This document shows, piece after piece, positions 56,014-64,000 of a DNA stretch of 64,000 nucleotides (within the stretch, counting starts at the first letter, position 1; each line of letters opens with the position of its first letter). The translations under genes and the position numbers were made by a program. The notes under the pieces are model-generated. The model searched no databases. It worked only from the letters and a program-made list of their open reading frames with translations, and was not told the origin of the DNA. Source of the stretch: Lama guanicoe (taxonomy: Eukaryota); assembly GCA_013239625.1 (NCBI GenBank), contig MU054338.1:2730977-2794976 (forward strand). The letters run 5' to 3'.

Positions 56014-56781
56014 TAAGTTATTGTATGTTTCAGGTGTCCTTTCTGGGAGATGGGGATCTCAGCCCCTCGGAAGGAGGAGGGGAGACAGACCCTTGGAGGG
56101 GGAAGAGCACCCCCAGCCCCTGGTTTTGGGGTACGGAGCTGGGGTTGGTGCCTGAATGGCTCACAGGGAGGGACCAAAACTCGGAGAGCTGGAGACAGGC
56201 AGGGAGAGAGAGATATGGAGGCAGATAAAAACCCGGAGAGAGCAGAGACCTACAGACAAAAAAGATGGAGACACCAAGGGGCCAAGGCTCTCTGGCCAAC
56301 CCCACCCCCACCCCGCTCCTCCTCCCCATCCCTGTGGGTGGCCACCGGCTGATGCAGCTGCAGAAAGGACATCTGTCCCCATGGAAACAGCAGAAGGGGG
56401 GAAGGGAGCCAGCCCAGCTGGTGTCACTTCAAGGTGACAGTCGGACAGGGACCCGGGACTGATAAATGCCAGGAAGCCCCAATCTCCCCACTCACTGCCC
56501 CCTCTCCCTTCACCCCCCCCCACCGCACCGGACTCGAAGCCTGCCTGTGGGGAGATACCAGTTGGGGAGGGGGAGAGCTTTCAGCTAAGGGCACTATTCA
56601 GAGACTAGGGACATCACTTCTCTGCTAATTGGACATGTCCCTCCAAGGATAAGAGGAAGGAAGCTGGTGAGTCGTCAAAGAGCCCTCACCACAGTGGTCC
56701 TCTGAGGCCCCCCCCCAGATGACTGATCTCTTCAGCATTCCCAAATTGCCACAAATCCTGGCTTTGCTTTCTTTACAAGCT

Positions 56782-56787
56782 TTTATT
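56782..56787 (-). other. TMIGD2 polyadenylation signal
   Basis: tttatt on + (AATAAA on -), about 55 nt beyond the TMIGD2 stop. Confidence 0.7.
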
Positions 56788-56842
56788 TGGTGTTCTGGGG
56801 GCAAGGGAGAGGTCCAGCCTCACAGAGATAAGGATGGGGGTC

Positions 56843-59800
56843 TCAGGCTGGGCTACTGGACTCCCTGATCCCCTTGGAATCAGTCACAGCTGCTGGGGGA
56901 TCCTCTCTGGGTCTAGGGGTTCTGATTCCCCTTCCCACTCCCGGGAATGCTCTTGGCCTTGGCTGCCCAGAGGAGCCTGGGCCAGGAGAGACTCTGACTG
57001 TAGAGATGGGGGGACTGGGCCTGGGCCTGGGGCAGGATTTGGGAGCTAGATGCCGCTTGAGGGTGGGGGGCTGGGGAAAAGAGATCAGATAGAAGCTTTG
57101 GCTATTCTCATCCTCCCTGGGGATGTCCAGCACCTTCCCCTCCACAGACCATGCCTCACTCTTTTGGGGGGTCTTCCGGGGCCGGTATAGGACGTTGCTG
57201 TAGACTGGATTCCCTGCATTGGAAAGCGGAGGGTATGACACCAAGAGGGGACAGTCACTTAAGAGAGCCTGGCCCGCTCCAGCTCACTTCTGGGGGCTTT
57301 GTCTATACTTCTGAAAAACATGGGTGTAGGGACCAGGCTTCTCCATCTATTCCTCTTCTCTGCCCCTCCAGCCCCACCCTCCCCACTTCCAAAAGGGGCA
57401 GGTATGGAAGCCAGACAGGGATGTAGTCTATCCTCTCGCAGCTGCAGTTCCCGCCTCCGCCACCCGGGGGCGGAGTCGCCAGGGGATGTCAGCGCCCGTG
57501 GGAACCGTCTGCCCTCCGCGACGCTGCCTGCGCGGCTCCCTACCTGCGTCCGTGTGCCGGCGGCGGCGGCGGCGGCCCCAGATCCAGGCGCCCAGAGCGA
57601 AAGCGGCCACAGCCACAGCCCCCGTCACCAGCAGCGCGAGGAAGAGCCCTTGGAGGGGAGGGAAGGTTGTGGGTGGTCCGACGCGGGGCGGGGCTAGAGG
57701 AGGGACACGTGGGCGGAGCTCACCTGAGAAGCTCTGGTCCAGGTTCAGCGGCGAGCCGTCTGCAGAGAAGAAACCTACGTCTCAGGGGTGCTCACCTTTG
57801 AGTCCAGCTTCCTGCACCCCTTCAGGGTAAGAGTCCCTCTACCCCTTATGGGACCTCAGGGTTCCTGCCCCTGCCGTGCTGTGTGAGTTTAGGGAAGTAT
57901 TTGCTGTGAACCTGTTTCCTCTTCTGAAAAATGAGACTAATCATTACTGTTTTGCTGAGTTATTGTGAAATAACTGCCAACAGGACTTTTTCATCGTGAG
58001 CCCCATTGCTCCCATAATAGTCTACACCACTCCCATCACAAACCTTATCATCCCCCCCATGAGTCCCATCGTCCTCACCATGAACTTCATCAACCCCACC
58101 ATGAGCTCCATCCTCCTGGTCATGGGACCCATCATCCTCATGGCTCCTGTTTTTTGAGCCTCAGAGAGCCTGAGTCACTTGCCTGGGGTCGCACACCCTG
58201 CTTTGAGCAAAGGCATTGCTCCCCTCAGCTCCCCCACCACTTTCACTGTTTCAGAAAACAAACAAACAAAAACTTACACTGGCCTGAACATTTGAGTCTT
58301 GCTGAATAATCAGCACCACAGACACAATAATAACCACTTCTGTTTATTGAGGACTTACTATGTCCCAGACCCTGTAATAAACTCTTCCGGTATGCTTCCT
58401 TTAAATTCAACTACTCTGATGAGGAAAGCACTATAAGCTGTATTTTGATAACTAAGGAAACAGGCACAGAGGGGTCAAGTTACTTGCCCAAGGTCACACA
58501 GCAAGTGAATAGCAGAATGGGCATGTGCTTTTATATTTTAAATTATAATTATAATTGACATGAATCCCAGCCAGAGGCTCCTTCTTCTGTGACTGGAATG
58601 AGTCCAGGTGCCCCCAGCCCCTTCATTCTGCAGATTCTAAAGCTGGCAGTGGTCCCGGGGTCGGGGGGCTGCCAAGCAGCTGTTCAGGGGTGAGGAAGCC
58701 AGCTGTGTGGAGCTGGACCCGTGCCCGCCCGCTCCCACTCCCTCACAGCTGCCAACAATTCACAACCTGGTGCCTCTGCCACCCCGCCTCTGCTAATTGG
58801 TAATTGGCCCCTTCGTCACTTGGAGGGATGGGGGGCAGGCAGGACAGCCATAACACACCGCCTTGGAGGCAGGCAGTGGGTGGGTCCTGCCAGCTGGAGA
58901 GACAGGGACTTCGGAGGTGGGAGCCTGCGGGCAGTTCTCCGTTCTGCCTGATAGGGGCTGGGCATGGACACAAGGCCCTCCAGAACCTCTGAGAAAGCAG
59001 GACCCTATCTGGGTCAGCTTGGGTCTCCCGCCTCATTTAGGGTTTAGCCCATGAGGGGGTGTCAGGGAGTCGGAGAAATGTGTGGCTGGGGCTCCCAGGA
59101 AAGCTGGCAGCACCCCTGGCTTGTGTGTGTGGCTTCATCCTCTGTAAACCAAGGCAGCTGCAGGTGGTTTAGCTGATCCGGAAAGTTTCTGCCAGCCTTG
59201 AGAGTCAATGGCTGTCGAGTCTCGATTCTGGAATTCTAGAATTCTTTCCTCTTACACACTCTGAGACTGCAAAATTCTCTAAGCGCCTGTCTATTCAAAG
59301 TACTTACGATACTACAATTCTAAGATTCTAGAATCATCCATTCCTTTATTTCAGTGTTTCTCAACCTTTTTTCATTATCACCCCCACTAAGGAGACTTTT
59401 TAAGACTCTTAATTTGTTCCCCCATGAAATTTTAATATCACAGATATACTGAAATCTGTTTATCTGCATGTCTGTGCTTTATGTATAAAAAAAGTAAGAT
59501 TTTCTTTGCTCCCCCAAAACCAATTTTTGCCTCCTTAAGAGTGGTAGTCCCCATTGAGAACATATGCTGTAATTCTGGGGGCCTGGAATTCATGTCCCTA
59601 GCATTCTAGAACTGAGAGATTCTATTTGTAGTTTAAGATTCTGGAATTGTCCTAGGCACAATAGAAATGTGCCCATAAGTTGACCAAAAGACAAGTTCTA
59701 GGTTGTTAAATAAAATATGAAAGCAGTCAAAATAGATTTACGCTGTTAGAAGTCGGGATGGTGTGAGAGGGGCATGAGGATGGATCTGGGGGGGCAGATA

Positions 59801-62800
59801 TGTTTCTTGAGCAGGGTGATGGGTACCTGGGTGTGCTCAGGTTGGGAGAATACATTGCTATGGTTTGCATACGTGCCTCCAAAATTCACAGGTTGAATCC
59901 TAACCCCCAATATGATGGTATTTGGAGGTTGGGGCTTTTGGGCCGTGATTAGAGAATGAGGGTAGAGCCTTCATGAATGGGGTCAGAGCTCTTATATAAA
60001 AAAAGACCCCAGGAAGCACCTCCACCCCTTCCGCCACATGAGGACACGGCGAGAGGGTGCAGGCGATGAACCAGGAAGAGGGTTCTCACCACCATACGAC
60101 CCCGCTGCTTTGATCTCAGGTTTCCAACCTCCAGAATTATGAGAAATAAATCTGTTGTTTATAAGCCACCCAACCTGTAGTATTTTTTTATAGCAGCAGC
60201 TGAACTAAGACGTCCGTTGAGCTGGCTGCGTCTGGCATGTACATTTCTCTGTGTGTAGGATATACTTGAATAACACGTTTTATGGGATTGTTTTGACTCA
60301 AAATCCAGAATTATATATATTCAAGAGTCTTTATGAGTGTGATATCCTGGAACAGGGCTCAGCAAACTACATCCTGTGGGTCGAATTTGGCCCACTGCCT
60401 TTTTGTTTAAATAAAGTTTTATTGGAACCCAGGCCTGCCCATTCTTACATGTACATCTATGGTGAATTGCATGCTACGAGGGCAGAGTGGAGTAGTTACG
60501 ACAGAGACTATCTGGTGTACAAAACAAAAAATATTTACCAGGTGGCCCTTTACAAAGGAAATTGCCAAGCCCTAGTCTGGAATTGTAGGTTCCAGTGTGT
60601 CTTTGGTACTGTCACCCAGAATTTGATGTTCTTGCATTTGTAGACTCTCTGTTCCTAAGAATCTGATTGGGAGAATTTGTGTTTCTAGGAGTCTGAGAGT
60701 CTAGAGTCTTAAGATTCTAGGAGTTCCAAGCCCCGGGCTTGCCCCCCCTCGCTCTCATACCTGCTTCCTCCACTAGGAGCTGCGTCCCGTTGCCCTGGGC
60801 CTCCTCCAACTCGGGGATCTCCATGGTCACCCAGCACACGTAGGACCCGCTGTCATTGAGGCCTACACGGTCCAGCTGCAGGGTGAGGTGGCCAGGTGGC
60901 CACCAGGAGAGCCGTCCCCAGGGCCCACACACCCCCACACTGAGACTGCTGTTGGTGATGTGTGTCTGGCACAGAGTGTCTCCGTCCTTGGTCCACTCGA
61001 TATGGAGCCGCTCCCAGGCCGGGGCCTGCACCACCTGGCAGGCCAAGGTCACTCGGCTGTCCTGACTCACCTGCAGCACCTTGGGTGCCTGCTGCACACT
61101 CAGGCCGGTGGCTCCTTGCAGGGCTGGGGAACAGAAGAGGTGAGTGAGCCCTTTTTCAGTACGTGTGTGAGTGTGAGACTTGCTCTGCTAGCCGGGCCAC
61201 AGGGATGGGGCACGACCAGTCTGAAAGCTTGCCACCTGTGTGATCTTTGCAAGGTCGTTGCTTGCTGAAGCTCAGTGGCCTCATCGGTGGAATGGGTCTA
61301 AGTCTCTCGGCACTTGTGAGATTTCACGGTGGCCTCTATAACGTGTCCAGCTCTCAGCCACGTAGATATCACCTCATGTGTGCCAGACCCTGTTCTGGAT
61401 ACTGTGGACTCAGACACAGAGGTGACTGAGATAGACAAAAATCCCTACCCTCATGGAGCTGACAGTCTAGGGGGAGAGAGAGGCACAGGAAGTCGTGAAG
61501 TGAGAATCATGATGGAAGAAAGGAATGGTGAGGAGCAGCAGAGGATAAGGATGAGGTAGGAGGGTCTACTGAGTGACAGTGGTCAGGGAAGGCCTCTCCC
61601 AGGAGGCGACGTTTAAGCAAGGATCTGAATGGTAAGAAGTAGGCAGTTATGGGAAGGAAGGAAGATATGGAGGAAGAAGCACTCCAGACAGAGGGAATGG
61701 CCTGTGCAAAAGTCCTGAGGCTGGACTGTGCCTGGTGAGTTGGAGGAACAGGGAGGGAGCCCCTGTGGCTGGAACAGAGTGAGCCAGGGGGAGAGAGGAA
61801 GGAAATGGGATCAGAGAAGTTGGCAAGGAATGGCTTATAAGAGGCTTGCCGGCCATAGGGGTCGGGTGCTGCAGAGGTAGGGAGGTGGGGGCGGGGAAAC
61901 AGGAGCAGTTTACTTTTTAATATACGAGTGACGGGAAACCAGCGGAGCAGGGAGGAAATGGGGTCCAATTTAAGTTGACTGCTGTGGTAAGAACAGATAT
62001 GCCGTTGAGGATATCGGGGCTGCTGGGAAATGAGGGTCCAGGAGAGCAGTAGTTGGGGCCAGACCCTCAAACAAGAGATCAGAGTCTGAACAGATTTTGA
62101 AGGTTGCCCCTGGAAGAACTACAAGAAGAACTGAATTGGGAGAGAGGGATGGTGGCAGGTTTCCAAGGTTTTAGCCCGAGGGACTACGTGAACAGCAATG
62201 GCTTTGTTCCAAGATGAAGGACACCGAGGGAGAGGCAGGGCTGGGGGAAAGAAACAGTTTGTTTTCAGCCAAGAGAAGTCAGGAGCGCCTGTGAGACTCC
62301 CCAGAGGGGTGAATTTGTGTCAAGTTCCTGGCATTTGGGATGCCATTGCAGCTGAAGCTAGAAAGAGGAGATCTGGGCAAGAGTGTTCTGGGCAGAGGGG
62401 ACAGCACGTGCAAAGGCCCCGGGGTGGGATCAGGTTTGATGTGTTGAGGGAAAAAAGAAAAGAGAGAGAAGTCAGCAACTGGACCCCAGAAAGAGAGGGA
62501 ATGCAGGGGATGGTGGAGACACGAGATGCCAGTGGGGCCGGGTCACACAAGACTTACCTGCAGATTGTGGTGTGAATGTTATTCTAGGGGCCCCCTCTGG
62601 GGATCCTTGCTAGAGTCCTTCAATCCTGGTAAAGTTCTGAGTATCAAGGAGAGAGACGGAGCCTATCTGGCACAGCGGAGAGATTAAGGTTTGCAGGGGC
62701 TCCGAACTGGACGGGCAGGCAGCTGGGGCGATGGACCCCAAGAAGATGGCAACAGAGGGAAGGGAGGACCACGTACTCACCCCAGAGCTGCACCAGGAGG

Positions 62801-62826
62801 ACCAGCACTATGCCCGGGGACCCCAT
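56843..62826 (-). CDS. TMIGD2: Transmembrane and immunoglobulin domain-containing protein 2 (CD28H / IGPR-1), 306 aa
   Basis: Minus-strand exons 62826-62781 ([15 protein letters not shown]), 61123-60761 (IgV: LACQV..WTKDG..DSGSYVC), 57759-57724, 57648-57544 (TM plus poly-Arg), 57213-56843 (YSNVLY cytoplasmic tail) sum to 921 nt, all GT-AG. Confidence 0.94.
59856..60211 (+). mobile_element. MLT1A-like MaLR solo LTR inserted into an older L1 fragment
   Basis: tgctatggtttg...ccaaaattca...gagaaataaatctgttgtttataagccaccc...tatagcagcagctgaactaagac. Confidence 0.8.
60353..60574 (-). mobile_element. MER58A-like MITE
   Basis: cagggctcagcaaactac...aaataaagttttattggaac...ttgccaagccct, with terminal inverted repeats. 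Confidence 0.75.
61370..62560 (-). mobile_element. L2 LINE remnants
   Basis: tgtgccagaccctgttct...gtcagggaaggcctctc...tgcaaaagtcctgagg...gctggaacagagtgagc. Confidence 0.65.
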
Positions 62827-63665
62827 TCCTGGCCCATCAGGTCCCCCTCTCCTGGGTGGCTCCCCACCACCTCCACTCCCCTTCCTATTTGACAGACTTC
62901 CTGCCACAAAGGCATATGTGACACTCCACCCCCGCCACAGGGGCGCATGTGACACCTGGGCCAGCCAGCAGATATCCGGTGGCCACGGCTTCTTGGGGCT
63001 CCACTTCCTGTCACCTCGTGCCTCAGTTTCCTCAAAGGTTTTTTTCCCTAATCTGAAAGGTGGTATACACATGCGATGGAGATACTGTGAGGGAAAATCT
63101 TTCTGAAAGACTACATAAACTCGCCTAGGTTGGGGGGACCCACTGGAAGGGCAGGTAAAGCAAGGACTGGGGAGGGGAACAGATGACACGGGCCTGAGCA
63201 GAGGACAGAAAGGCAGAATCCCAGCCTCAGTTATTTTGCCCCTAAGATGTCTTCTTTTGAGGTTCAGAGAAATGGATTTCTGCTGATGACTTTGAGTCCT
63301 GCGGCAGGTAGGGGCGTTCCCCTACCCCCACAGTCTGGGGAGAAGTTTGGGGGCCCAGTTGAGGGGGTTCATAGGCTCTAGACTTTCTCCCAGCCCTGCA
63401 CCCATCACAGCTGGCAGTACCCAGCCCCGGAGGAAGAGGAGGTGGCAGATTCCTGGGCCTCAATGTCTCACCTCAGACCACAGTGTGACCTCCTTTTTCA
63501 ACTAGAAAGAAGAGGGTCAGTGTTCTTCACAGAAATGTTCCTGTCAACCACAGAGAAGTCCCTCTGGTGGCGCTCTGCCCACACCTCCCAAGTAGGTACA
63601 CACAGCTTCCCAGCCTCCTGCTGCCCAGGCCTCCCCCCTCCTTCAGACTTTCAGGAAGGACTTTT

Positions 63666-63781
63666 TGTCTTTTAGGTTATTTATTTATTTAATTTATTTT
63701 TAACGGAGGTCCTGGGGGTTGAACCCAGGACTTTGTGCATGCTAAGCATGCGCTCTACCAGTGAGCTATAGCCCCCTCCCC
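63666..63781 (-). mobile_element. tRNA-derived SINE (camelid Vic-1-like)
   Basis: Reverse complement gggagggggctatagctcactggtagagcgcatgcttagcatgcacaaagtcctgggttcaacccc; flanks caggaaggacttt / cagaaaggacttt act as the TSD. Confidence 0.88.
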
Positions 63782-64000
63782 AGAAAGGACTTTCTGAAAT
63801 TCCACTCTTCACCTGTCCTCTGCAAGGGGTGATGCTGGAGATCATGGACAAAGTCAGCCCCAGGCTGACAGGCTAGACAGAGCTGGACATTCCTAGGACA
63901 GGCAGACATTCCTAGCCCTATGGATTCTGGGCAGGCAGAGAGGCTTCTGGAGATGTGAGCATCTGGGGCTTTGTGGGATGTATAGGAGTTCAGTTGTGAT

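Noticed and set aside
59220..59660. Heat-shock elements in TTCTAGAA-rich tracts (also about 60640-60720)
   Set aside because: Only two-unit nGAAn inversions within low-complexity sequence; no clean three-unit HSE.
60251..60643. 130-aa ORF that looks compositionally protein-like
   Set aside because: It lies across a MER58A-like MITE and L1 debris in a TMIGD2 intron, with a non-ATG start and no splice support.

Overview
Mammalian, GC-rich, intron-containing genomic DNA, probably from a camelid: it carries many copies of a tRNA-derived SINE resembling the camelid Vic-1 type, plus cetartiodactyl-type L1 3' ends. Gene order matches human 19p13.3: ANKRD24 (+, from the internal MKQLCLC start exon to the stop, with a 158-N assembly gap in its large coiled-coil exon), EBI3 (+, 5 exons), YJU2/CCDC94 (+, 8 exons), SHD (+, 6 exons) and TMIGD2 (-, 5 exons, intact). 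I traced all exon boundaries by hand from splice sites and reading phase. Introns and intergenic DNA are filled with MIR, L2, L1, hAT MITEs (MER20/53/58/33), MaLR/ERVL LTRs and SINEs. I found no convincing wholly new biological system. The best leads concern splicing and sequence evolution: (1) two acceptors, EBI3 exon 2 and a 29-nt ANKRD24 exon, where the expected AG reads TG and an in-frame AG lies 9 nt downstream; (2) a GC donor and a G-run acceptor with no pyrimidine tract in ANKRD24; (3) nested inverted motif arrays flanking a frame-shifting ANKRD24 exon; (4) neighbouring old L1 remnants that share GC/CpG-rich derived blocks, suggesting concerted evolution. Comparisons with human or mouse proteins are from memory and need checking by alignment.
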